64,000 nt of DNA, from contig CM082589.2 in assembly GCA_040954595.2 (NCBI GenBank), forward strand, positions 9,560,894 through 9,624,893. The letters run 5' to 3'. This DNA comes from Balanoglossus misakiensis (taxonomy: Eukaryota; Animalia; Hemichordata). A program made the position numbers and the translations under genes. The notes under the pieces were generated by a model. That model saw only the letters and a list, made by a program, of their open reading frames with translations. It was not told the origin of the DNA and searched no databases. This document shows, in pieces, positions 41,150 to 54,380 of the stretch (positions are counted from its first letter, which is position 1; each line of letters starts with the position of its first letter).

Positions 41150-44100
41150 CGTCGATCTACAGAGTCTAGTGGAAAAATGTCTCATGCGCATAGGCCTATC
41201 ATGTGTTCTGCGCCTCACAACAGAAATCGGTAAATAAACGAGGCTGTTTGGAAGCAACCATAGAAATTTTACAGCTATCCGTCGATCTACAGAGTCTAGT
41301 GGAAACGTTCTTATGCGCATAGGCCTATATATGTGTTCTGCGCATCACAACAGAATGTTGTAAACAAACGAGGCTGTGTTTGGTAGCAACCATGGACATT
41401 TTAGAACTATCTCTCGATCTACAGAGTCTATGGTGGAAAACTTTCTTATGCACATATGCCTATCTATGTGTTCTGCGCCTCACAACAGAATTCGGTAAAT
41501 AAACGAGGCTGTTTGGAAGCAACCATGGAAATTTTACAACTATCCGTCGATCTACAGAGTCTAGTGGAAAACGTTATTATGCGCATAGGCCTATATATGT
41601 GTTCTGCGCATCACAACAGAATTTTGTAAACAAACGAGGCTGTGTTTGGAAGCAACCATGGACATTTTAGAACTATCTCTCGATCTACAGAGTCTATAGT
41701 GGAAAACTTTCTTATGCACATAGGCCTATCTATGTGTTCTGTGCCTCACAACAGAATTCGGTAAATAAACGAGGCTGTTTGGAAGCAACCATGGAAATTT
41801 TAGAACTATCCGTCGATCTACAGAGTCTAGTGGAAAACGTTCTTATGCGCATAGGCCTATATATGTGTTCTGCGCATCACAACAGAATTTTGTAAACAAA
41901 CGAGGCTGTGTTTGAAAGCAACCATGGAAATTTTAGAACTATCTCTCGATGTACAGAGTCTATAGTGGAAAACTTTCTTATGCACATATGCCTATCTATG
42001 TGTTCTGCGCCTCAAAACAGAATTCCGTAAATAAACGAGGCTGTTTGGAAGCAAACATGGAAATTTTAGAACTAACTCTCGATCTACAGAGTATAGTGGA
42101 AAACGTTCATATGCGCATAGGCCTATCTATGTGTTCTGCGCATCACAACAGAATTTTGTAAACAAACCAGGCTTTGTTTGGAAGCAACCATGGACATTTT
42201 AGAACTATTCGTCGATCTACGGAGTCTAGTGGAAAACTTTCTTATGCGCATAGGCATATGTATGTGTTCTACGCATCACAACAGAATTCGGTAAATAAAC
42301 GAGGCTGTTTGGAAACAACCATGGAAATTTTTGAACTATCCGTTGATCTAAAGTTGAAAAGTTTTTTATGCGCATAGGCCTATCTATGTGTTCTGCGCCT
42401 CACAACAGAAATCGGTAAATAAACGAGGCTGTTTGGAAGCAACCATGGAAATTTTACAACTATCTCTCGATCTACAGAGTCTATAGTGGAAAACTTTCTT
42501 ATTCACATATGCCTATCTATGTGTTCTGCGCCTCAAAACAGAATTCCGCAAATAAACGAGGCTGTTTGGAAGCAAACCTGGAAGTTTTAGAACTATCTCT
42601 CGATCTACAGTGTATAGTGGAAAACGTTCATATGCGCATAGGCCTATCTATGTGTTCTGCGCATCACAACAGAATTTTGTAATCAATCGAGGATGTGTTT
42701 GGAAGCAATCATGGAAATTTTAGAACTATCCGTCGATCTACAGAGTCTAGTGGAAAAATGTCTCATGCGCATAGGCCTATCATGTGTTCTGCGCCTCACA
42801 ACAGAAATCGGTAAATAAACGAGGCTGTTTGGAAGCAACCATAGAAATTTTACAGCTATCCGTCGATCTACAGAGTCTAGTGGAAACGTTCTTATGCGCA
42901 TAGGCCTATATATGTGTTCTGCGCATCACAACAGAATGTTGTAAACAAACGAGGCTGTGTTTGGTAGCAACCATGGACATTTTAGAACTATCTCTCGATC
43001 TACAGAGTCTATAGTGGAAAACTTTCTTATGCACATATGCCTATCTATGTGTTCTGCGCCTCACAACAGAATTCGGTAAATAAACGAGGCTGTTTGGAAG
43101 CAACCATGGAAATTTTACAACTATCCGTCGATCTACAGAGTCTAGTGGAAAACGTTATTATGCGCATAGGCCTATATATGTGTTCTGCGCATCACAACAG
43201 AATTTTGTAAACAAACGAGGCTGTGTTTGGAAGCAACCATGGACATTTTAGAACTATCTCTCGATCTACAGAGTCTATAGTGGAAAACTTTCTTATGCAC
43301 ATAGGCCTATCTATGTGTTCTGTGCCTCACAACAGAATTCGGTAAATAAACGAGGCTGTTTGGAAGCAACCATGGAAATTTTAGAACTATCCGTCGATCT
43401 ACAGAGTCTAGTGGAAAACGTTCTTATGCGCATAGGCCTATATATGTGTTCTGCGCATCACAACAGAATTTTGTAAACAAACGAGGCTGTGTTTGAAAGC
43501 AACCATGGAAATTTTAGAACTATCTCTCGATGTACAGAGTCTATAGTGGAAAACTTTCTTATGCACATATGCCTATCTATGTGTTCTGCGCCTCAAAACA
43601 GAATTCCGTAAATAAACGAGGCTGTTTGGAAGCAAACATGGAAATTTTAGAACTAACTCTCGATCTACAGAGTATAGTGGAAAACGTTCATATGCGCATA
43701 GGCCTATCTATGTGTTCTGCGCATCACAACAGAATTTTGTAAACAAACCAGGCTTTGTTTGGAAGCAACCATGGACATTTTAGAACTATTCGTCGATCTA
43801 CGGAGTCTAGTGGAAAACTTTCTTATGCGCATAGGCATATGTATGTGTTCTACGCATCACAACAGAATTCGGTAAATAAACGAGGCTGTTTGGAAACAAC
43901 CATGGAAATTTTTGAACTATCCGTTGATCTAAAGTTGAAAAGTTTTTTATGCGCATAGGCCTATCTATGTGTTCTGCGCCTCACAACAGAAATCGGTAAA
44001 TAAACGAGGCTGTTTGGAAGCAACCATGGAAATTTTACAACTATCTCTCGATCTACAGAGTCTATAGTGGAAAACTTTCTTATTCACATATGCCTATCTA

Positions 44101-44300
44101 TGTGTTCTGCGCCTCAAAACAGAATTCCGCAAATAAACGAGGCTGTTTGGAAGCAAACATGGAAGTTTTAGAACTATCTCTCGATCTACAGTGTATAGTG
44201 GAAAACGTTCATATGCGCATAGGCCTATCTATGTGTTCTGCGCATCACAACAGAATTTTGTAATCAATCGAGGATGTGTTTGGAAGCAATCATGGAAATT
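41150..44300. repeat. Tandem duplication of a 1581-bp block (12 monomers) nested inside the long HOR
   Basis: ORF pairs 41949/43530 and 42174/43755 have offset 1581. The private variants ACCATAGAAA, GAATGTTG and TAATCAATCG occur in both copies. Confidence 0.85.
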
Positions 44301-46569
44301 TTAGAACTATCCGTCGATCTACAGAGTCTAGTGGGAAACTTTCTTATGCGCATAGGCATATGTATGTGTTCAGCGCATCACAACAGAATTTTGTAAATGA
44401 ACGAGGCTGTGTTTGGAAACAACCATGGAAATTTTAGAACTATCTCTCGATCTAAAGTTGAAAAGTTTCTTATGCGCATAGGCCTATTACGTGTTCTGCG
44501 CCTCACAACAGAATTCGGTAAATAAACGAGGCTGTTTGGAAGCAACAATGGAAATTTTAGAACTATCCGTCGATCTACGGAGTATAGTGGAAAACGTTCA
44601 TATGCGCATAGGCCTATATATGTGTTCTGCGCATCACAACAGAATTTTGTAAACAATCGAGGATGTGTTTGGAAGCAATCATGGAAATTTTAGAACTATC
44701 CGTCGATCTACAGAGTCTAGTGGGAAACTTTCTTATGCGCATAGGCATATGTATGTGTTCAGCGCATAACAACAGAATTTTGTAAATGAACGAGGCTGTG
44801 TTTGGAAACAACCATGGAAATTTTACAACTATCCGTCGATCTACGGAGTCTGGTGGAAAACTTTCTTATGCGCATAGGCCTATTACGTGCTCTGCGCCTC
44901 ACAACAGAATTCGGTAAATAAACGAGGCTGTTTGGAAGCAACCATGGAAATTGTACAACTATCCGTCGATCTACAGAGTCTAGTGGAAAAATGTCTTATG
45001 CGCATAGGCCTATCATGTGTTCTGCGCCTCACAACAGAAATCGGTAAATAAAAGAGGCTGTTTGGAAGCAACCATGGAAATTGTACAACTATCCGTCGAT
45101 CTACAGAGTCTAGTGGAAAACTTCCTTATGCGCATAGACCTATTACGTGTTCTGCGCCTCACAACAGAATTCGGTAAATAAACGATGCTGTTTGGAAGCA
45201 ACCATGGAAATTTTACAACTATCCGTCGATCTACAGAGTCTGGTGGAAAAAATTCTTATGCGCATAGTCCTATCATGTGTTCTGCGCATCACAACAGAAT
45301 TCGGTAAATAAACGAGGCTGTTTGGAAGCAACCATTGAAATTTTAGAACTATCCGTCGATCTACAGAGTCTAGTGGAAAACGTTCTTATGCGCATAGGCC
45401 TATCTATGTGTTATGCGCATCACAACAGAAATCGGTAAATAAACGAGGCTGTGTTTGGAAGCAACCATGGACATTTTAGAACTATCTCTCGATCTACAGA
45501 GTCTATAGTGGAAAACTTTCTTATGCACATATGCCTATCTATGTGTTCTGCGCCTCACAACAGAAATCGGTAAATAAACGAGGCTGTTTAAAAGCAACCA
45601 TGGAAATTTTACAGCTATCCGTCGATCTACAGAGTCTAGTGGAAACGTTCTTATGCGCATAGGCCTATATATGTGTTCTGCGTATCACAACAGAATTTTG
45701 TAAACAAACGAGGCTGTGTTTGGAAGCAACCATGGACATTTTAGAACTATCTCTCGATCTACAGAGTCTATAGTGGAAAACTTTCTTATGCACATATGCC
45801 TATCTATGTGTTCTGCGCCTCACAACAGAATTCGGTAAATAAACGAGGCTGTTTGAAAGCAACCATGGAAATTTTACAACTATCCGTCGATCTACAGAGT
45901 CTAGTGGAAAACGTTATTATGCGCATAGGCCTATATATCCGTTCTGCGCATCACAACAGAATTGTGTAAACAAACGAGGCTGTGTTTGGAAGCAACCATG
46001 GAAATTTTAGAACTATCTCTCGATCTACAGAGTCTAGTGGAAAACTTTATTATGCACATATGCCTATCTATGTGTTCTGCGCATCACAACAGAAATCGGT
46101 AAATAAACGAGGCTGTTTGGAAGCAACCATGGAAATTTTACAACTATCCGTCGATCTACAGAGTCTGGTGGAAAACTTTCTTATGCGCATAGGCCTATTA
46201 CGTGCTCTGCGCCTCACAACAGAATTCGGTAAATAAACGAGGCTGTTTGGAAGCAACCATGGAAATTTTAGAACTATCCGTCGATCTACAGAGTCTAGTG
46301 GAAAAATGTCTTATGCGCATAGGCCTATCATGTGTTCTGCGCCTCACAACAGAAATCGGTAAATAAACGAGGCTGTTTGGAAGTAACCATGGAAATTGTA
46401 CAACTATCCGTCGATCTACAGAGTCTAGTGGAAAACGTTCTTATGCGCATAGGCCTATCTATGTGTTATGCGCATCACAACAGAAATCGGTAAATAAACG
46501 AGGCTGTATTTGGAAGCAACCATGAAATTTTACAACTATCCGTCGATCTACAGAGTCTAGTGGAAAAAT

Positions 46570-49500
46570 GTCTCATGCGCATAGGCCTATCATGTGTTCT
46601 GCGCCTCACAACAGAAATCGGTAAATAAACGAGGCTGTTTGGAAGCAACCATAGAAATTTTACAGCTATCCGTCGATCTACAGAGTCTAGTGGAAACGTT
46701 CTTATGCGCATAGGCCTATATATGTGTTCTGCGCATCACAACAGAATGTTGTAAACAAACGAGGCTGTGTTTGGTAGCAACCATGGACATTTTAGAACTA
46801 TCTCTCGATCTACAGAGTCTATAGTGGAAAACTTTCTTATGCACATATGCCTATCTATGTGTTCTGCGCCTCACAACAGAATTCGGTAAATAAACGAGGC
46901 TGTTTGGAAGCAACCATGGAAATTTTACAACTATCCGTCGATCTACAGAGTCTAGTGGAAAACGTTATTATGCGCATAGGCCTATATATGTGTTCTGCGC
47001 ATCACAACAGAATTTTGTAAACAAACGAGGCTGTGTTTGGAAGCAACCATGGACATTTTAGAACTATCTCTCGATCTACAGAGTCTATAGTTGGAAACTT
47101 TCTTATGCACATAGGCCTATCTATGTGTTCTGTGCCTCACAACAGAATTCGGTAAATAAACGAGGCTGTTTGGAAGCAACCATGGAAATTTTAGAACTAT
47201 CCGTCGATCTACAGAGTCTAGTGGAAAACGTTCTTATGCGCATAGGCCTATATATGTGTTCTGCGCATCACAACAGAATTTTGTAAACAAACGAGGCTGT
47301 GTTTGAAAGCAACCATGGAAATTTTAGAACTATCTCTCGATGTACAGAGTCTATAGTGGAAAACTTTCTTATGCACATATGCCTATCTATGTGTTCTGCG
47401 CCTCAAAACAGAATTCCGTAAATAAACGAGGCTGTTTGGAAGCAAACATGGAAATTTTAGAACTAACTCTCGATCTACAGAGTATAGTGGAAAACGTTCA
47501 TATGCGCATAGGCCTATCTATGTGTTCTGCGCATCACAACAGAATTTTGTAAACAAACCAGGCTTTGTTTGGAAGCAACCATGGACATTTTAGAACTATT
47601 CGTCGATCTACGGAGTCTAGTGGAAAACTTTCTTATGCGCATAGGCATATGTATGTGTTCTACGCATCACAACAGAATTCGGTAAATAAACGAGGCTGTT
47701 TGGAAACAACCATGGAAATTTTTGAACTATCCGTTGATCTAAAGTTGAAAAGTTTTTTATGCGCATAGGCCTATCTATGTGTTCTGCGCCTCACAACAGA
47801 AATCGGTAAATAAACGAGGCTGTTTGGAAGCAACCATGGAAATTTTACAACTATCTCTCGATCTACAGAGTCTATAGTGGAAAACTTTCTTATTCACATA
47901 TGCCTATCTATGTGTTCTGCGCCTCAAAACAGAATTCCGCAAATAAACGAGGCTGTTTGGAAGCAAACATGGAAGTTTTAGAACTATCTCTCGATCTACA
48001 GTGTATAGTGGAAAACGTTCATATGCGCATAGGCCTATCTATGTGTTCTGCGCATCACAACAGAATTTTGTAATCAATCGAGGATGTGTTTGGAAGCAAT
48101 CATGGAAATTTTAGAACTATCCGTCGATCTACAGAGTCTAGTGGGAAACTTTCTTATGCGCATAGGCATATGTATGTGTTCAGCGCATCACAACAGAATT
48201 TTGTAAATGAACGAGGCTGTGTTTGGAAACAACCATGGAAATTTTAGAACTATCTCTCGATCTAAAGTTGAAAAGTTTCTTATGCGCATAGGCCTATTAC
48301 GTGTTCTGCGCCTCACAACAGAATTCGGTAAATAAACGAGGCTGTTTGGAAGCAACAATGGAAATTTTAGAACTATCCGTCGATCTACGGAGTATAGTGG
48401 AAAACGTTCATATGCGCATAGGCCTATATATGTGTTCTGCGCATCACAACAGAATTTTGTAAACAATCGAGGATGTGTTTGGAAGCAATCATGGAAATTT
48501 TAGAACTATCCGTCGATCTACAGAGTCTAGTGGGAAACTTTCTTATGCGCATAGGCATATGTATGTGTTCAGCGCATCACAACAGAATTTTGTAAATGAA
48601 CGAGGCTGTGTTTGGAAACAACCATGGAAATTTTACAACTATCCGTCGATCTACGGAGTCTGGTGGAAAACTTTCTTATGCGCATAGGCCTATTACGTGC
48701 TCTGCGCCTCACAACAGAATTCGGTAAATAAACGAGGCTGTTTGGAAGCAACCATGGACATTTTAGAACTATCCGTCGATCTACAGAGTCTAGTGGAAAA
48801 ATGTCTTATGCGCATAGGCCTGTCATGTGTTCTGCGCCTCACAACAGAAATCGGTAAATAAACGAGGCTGTTTGGAAGCAACCATGGAAATTGTACAACT
48901 ATCCGTCGATCTACAGAGTCTAGTGGAAAACGTTCTTATGCGCATAGGCCTATCTATGTGTTATGCGCATCACAACAGAAATCGGTAAATAAACGAGGCT
49001 GTATTTTGAAGCAACCATGAAATTTAACAACTATCCGTCGATCTACAGAGTCTGGTGGAAAACTTCCTTATGCGCATAGACCTATTACGTGTTCTGCGCC
49101 TCACAACAGGATTCCGTAAATAAACGATGCTGTTTGGAAGCAACCATGGAAATTGTACAACTATCCGTCGATCTACAGAGTCTAGTGGAAAACGTTCTTA
49201 TGCGCATAGGCCTATCTATGTGTTATGCGCATCTCAACAGAAATCGGTAAATAAACGAGGCTGTGTTTGGAAGCAACCATGGACATTTTAGAACTATCTA
49301 CAGAGTCTATAGTGGAAAACTTTCTTATGCACATATGCCTATCTATGTGTTCTGCGCCTCACAACAGAAATCGGTAAATAAACGAGGCTGTTTAAAAGCA
49401 ACCATGGAAATTTTACAGCTATCCGTCGATCTACAGAGTCTAGTGGAAACGTTCTTATGCGCATAGGCCTATATATGTGTTCTGCGCATCACAACAGAAT

Positions 49501-52500
49501 TTTGTAAACAAACGAGGCTGTGTTTGGAAGCAACCATGGACATTTTAGAACTATCTCTCGATCTACAGAGTCTATAGTGGAAAACTTTCTTATGCACATA
49601 TGCCTATCTATGTGTTCTGCGCCTCACAACAGAATTCGGTAAATAAACGAGGCTGTTTGGAAGCAACCATGGAAATTTTACAACTATCCGTCGATCTACA
49701 GAGTCTAGTGGAAAACGTTATTATGCGCATAGGCCTATATATGTGTTCTGCGCATCACAACAGAATTTTGTAAACAAACGAGGCTGTGTTTGGAAGCAAC
49801 CATGGAAATTTTAGAACTATCTCTCGATCTACAGAGTCTAGTGGAAAACTTTATTATGCACATATGCCTATCTATGTGTTCTGCGCATCACAACAGAAAT
49901 CGGTAAATAAACGAGGCTGTTTGGAAGCAACCATGGAAATTTTACAACTATCCGTCGATCTACAGAGTCTGGTGGAAAACTTTCTTATGCGCATAGGCAT
50001 ATGTATGTGTTCTACGCATCACAACAGAATTCGGTAAATAAACGAGGCTGTTTGGAAACAACCATGGAAATTTTTGAACTATCCGTTGATCTAAAGTTGA
50101 AAAGTTTTTTATGCGCATAGGCCTATCTATGTGTTCTGCGCCTCACAACAGAAATCGGTAAATAAACGAGGCTGTTTGGAAGCAACCATGGAAATTTTAC
50201 AACTATCTCTCGATCTACAGAGTCTATAGTGGAAAACTTTCTTATTCACATATGCCTATCTATGTGTTCTGCGCCTCAAAACAGAATTCCGCAAATAAAC
50301 GAGGCTGTTTGGAAGCAAACATGGAAGTTTTAGAACTATCTCTCGATCTACAGTGTATAGTGGAAAACGTTCATATGCGCATAGGCCTATCTATGTGTTC
50401 TGCGCATCACAACAGAATTTTGTAAACAATCGAGGATGTGTTTGGAAGCAATCATGGAAATTTTAGAACTATTCGTCGATCTACGGAGTCTAGTGGAAAA
50501 CTTTCTTATGCGCATAGGCCTATCATGTGTTCTGCGCCTCACAACAGAAATCGGTAAATAAACGAGGCTGTTTGGAAGCAACCATAGAAATTTTACAGCT
50601 ATCCGTCGATCTACAGAGTCTAGTGGAAACGTTCTTATGCGCATAGGCCTATATATGTGTTCTGCGCATCACAACAGAATGTTGTAAACAAACGAGGCTG
50701 TGTTTGGTAGCAACCATGGACATTTTAGAACTATCTCTCGATCTACAGAGTCTATAGTGGAAAACTTTCTTATGCACATATGCCTATCTATGTGTTCTGC
50801 GCCTCACAACAGAATTCGGTAAATAAACGAGGCTGTTTGGAAGCAACCATGGAAATTTTACAACTATCCGTCGATCTACAGAGTCTAGTGGAAAACGTTA
50901 TTATGCGCATAGGCCTATATATGTGTTCTGCGCATCACAACAGAATTTTGTAAACAAACGAGGCTGTGTTTGGAAGCAACCATGGACATTTTAGAACTAT
51001 CTCTCGATCTACAGAGTCTATAGTTGGAAACTTTCTTATGCACATAGGCCTATCTATGTGTTCTGTGCCTCACAACAGAATTCGGTAAATAAACGAGGCT
51101 GTTTGGAAGCAACCATGGAAATTTTAGAACTATCCGTCGATCTACAGAGTCTAGTGGAAAACGTTCTTATGCGCATAGGCCTATATATGTGTTCTGCGCA
51201 TCACAACAGAATTTTGTAAACAAACGAGGCTGTGTTTGAAAGCAACCATGGAAATTTTAGAACTATCTCTCGATGTACAGAGTCTATAGTGGAAAACTTT
51301 CTTATGCACATATGCCTATCTATGTGTTCTGCGCCTCAAAACAGAATTCCGTAAATAAACGAGGCTGTTTGGAAGCAAACATGGAAATTTTAGAACTAAC
51401 TCTCGATCTACAGAGTATAGTGGAAAACGTTCATATGCGCATAGGCCTATCTATGTGTTCTGCGCATCACAACAGAATTTTGTAAACAAACCAGGCTTTG
51501 TTTGGAAGCAACCATGGACATTTTAGAACTATTCGTCGATCTACGGAGTCTAGTGGAAAACTTTCTTATGCGCATAGGCATATGTATGTGTTCTACGCAT
51601 CACAACAGAATTCGGTAAATAAACGAGGCTGTTTGGAAACAACCATGGAAATTTTTGAACTATCCGTTGATCTAAAGTTGAAAAGTTTTTTATGCGCATA
51701 GGCCTATCTATGTGTTCTGCGCCTCACAACAGAAATCGGTAAATAAACGAGGCTGTTTGGAAGCAACCATGGAAATTTTACAACTATCTCTCGATCTACA
51801 GAGTCTATAGTGGAAAACTTTCTTATTCACATATGCCTATCTATGTGTTCTGCGCCTCAAAACAGAATTCCGCAAATAAACGAGGCTGTTTGGAAGCAAA
51901 CATGGAAGTTTTAGAACTATCTCTCGATCTACAGTGTATAGTGGAAAACGTTCATATGCGCATAGGCCTATCTATGTGTTCTGCGCATCACAACAGAATT
52001 TTGTAATCAATCGAGGATGTGTTTGGAAGCAATCATGGAAATTTTAGAACTATCCGTCGATCTACAGAGTCTAGTGGGAAACTTTCTTATGCGCATAGGC
52101 ATATGTATGTGTTCAGCGCATCACAACAGAATTTTGTAAATGAACGAGGCTGTGTTTGGAAACAACCATGGAAATTTTAGAACTATCTCTCGATCTAAAG
52201 TTGAACAGTTTCTTATGCGCATAGGCCTATTACGTGTTCTGCGCCTCACAACAGAATTCGGTAAATAAACGAGGCTGTTTGGAAGCAACAATGGAAATTT
52301 TAGAACTATCCGTCGATCTACGGAGTATAGTGGAAAACGTTCATATGCGCATAGGCCTATATATGTGTTCTGCGCATCACAACAGAATTTTGTAAACAAT
52401 CGAGGATGTGTTTGGAAGCAATCATGGAAATTTTAGAACTATCCGTCGATCTACAGAGTCTAGTGGGAAACTTTCTTATGCGCATAGGCATATGTATGTG

Positions 52501-54380
52501 TTCAGCGCATCACAACAGAATTTTGTAAATGAACGAGGCTGTGTTTGGAAACAACCATGGAAATTTTACAACTATCCGTCGATCTACGGAGTCTGGTGGA
52601 AAACTTTCTTATGCGCATAGGCCTATTACGTGCTCTGCGCCTCACAACAGAATTCGGTAAATAAACGAGGCTGTTTGGAAGCAACCATGGACATTTTAGA
52701 ACTATCCGTCGATCTACAGAGTCTAGTGGAAAAATGTCTTATGCGCATAGGCCTGTCATGTGTTCTGCGCCTCACAACAGAAATCGGTAAATAAACGAGG
52801 CTGTTTGGAAGCAACCATGGAAATTGTACAACTATCCGTCGATCTACAGAGTCTAGTGGAAAACGTTCTTATGCGCATAGGCCTATCTATGTGTTATGCG
52901 CATCACAACAGAAATCGGTAAATAAACGAGGCTGTATTTTGAAGCAACCATGAAATTTAACAACTATCCGTCGATCTACAGAGTCTGGTGGAAAACTTCC
53001 TTATGCGCATAGACCTATTACGTGTTCTGCGCCTCACAACAGAATTCCGTAAATAAACGATGCTGTTTGGAAGCAACCATGGAAATTGTACAACTATCCG
53101 TCGATCTACAGAGTCTAGTGGAAAACGTTCTTATGCGCATAGGCCTATCTATGTGTTATGCGCATCTCAACAGAAATCGGTAAATAAACGAGGCTGTGTT
53201 TGGAAGCAACCATGGACATTTTAGAACTATCTACAGAGTCTATAGTGGAAAACTTTCTTATGCACATATGCCTATCTATGTGTTCTGCGCCTCACAACAG
53301 AAATCGGTAAATAAACGAGGCTGTTTAAAAGCAACCATGGAAATTTTACAGCTATCCGTCGATCTACAGAGTCTAGTGGAAACGTTCTTATGCGCATAGG
53401 CCTATATATGTGTTCTGCGCATCACAACAGAATTTTGTAAACAAACGAGGCTGTGTTTGGAAGCAACCATGGACATTTTAGAACTATCTCTCGATCTACA
53501 GAGTCTATAGTGGAAAACTTTCTTATGCACATATGCCTATCTATGTGTTCTGCGCCTCACAACAGAATTCGGTAAATAAACGAGGCTGTTTGGAAGCAAC
53601 CATGGAAATTTTACAACTATCCGTCGATCTACAGAGTCTAGTGGAAAACGTTATTATGCGCATAGGCCTATATATGTGTTCTGCGCATCACAACAGAATT
53701 TTGTAAACAAACGAGGCTGTGTTTGGAAGCAACCATGGAAATTTTAGAACTATCTCTCGATCTACAGAGTCTAGTGGAAAACTTTATTATGCACATATGC
53801 CTATCTATGTGTTCTGCGCATCACAACAGAAATCGGTAAATAAACGAGGCTGTTTGGAAGCAACCATGGAAATTTTACAACTATCCGTCGATCTACAGAG
53901 TCTGGTGGAAAACTTTCTTATGCGCATAGGCATATGTATGTGTTCTACGCATCACAACAGAATTCGGTAAATAAACGAGGCTGTTTGGAAACAACCATGG
54001 AAATTTTTGAACTATCCGTTGATCTAAAGTTGAAAAGTTTTTTATGCGCATAGGCCTATCTATGTGTTCTGCGCCTCACAACAGAAATCGGTAAATAAAC
54101 GAGGCTGTTTGGAAGCAACCATGGAAATTTTACAACTATCTCTCGATCTACAGAGTCTATAGTGGAAAACTTTCTTATTCACATATGCCTATCTATGTGT
54201 TCTGCGCCTCAAAACAGAATTCCGCAAATAAACGAGGCTGTTTGGAAGCAAACATGGAAGTTTTAGAACTATCTCTCGATCTACAGTGTATAGTGGAAAA
54301 CGTTCATATGCGCATAGGCCTATCTATGTGTTCTGCGCATCACAACAGAATTTTGTAAACAATCGAGGATGTGTTTGGAA
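46570..54380. repeat. Near-perfect tandem duplication of a 3933-bp block (30 monomers)
   Basis: TAGTTGGAAA (TTGG at 47091/51024), an 8-bp deletion (49296/53229), ATCTCAAC (49231/53164) and ORF pairs 47340/51273, 48188/52121 and 49786/53719 all have offset 3933. Confidence 0.92.
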
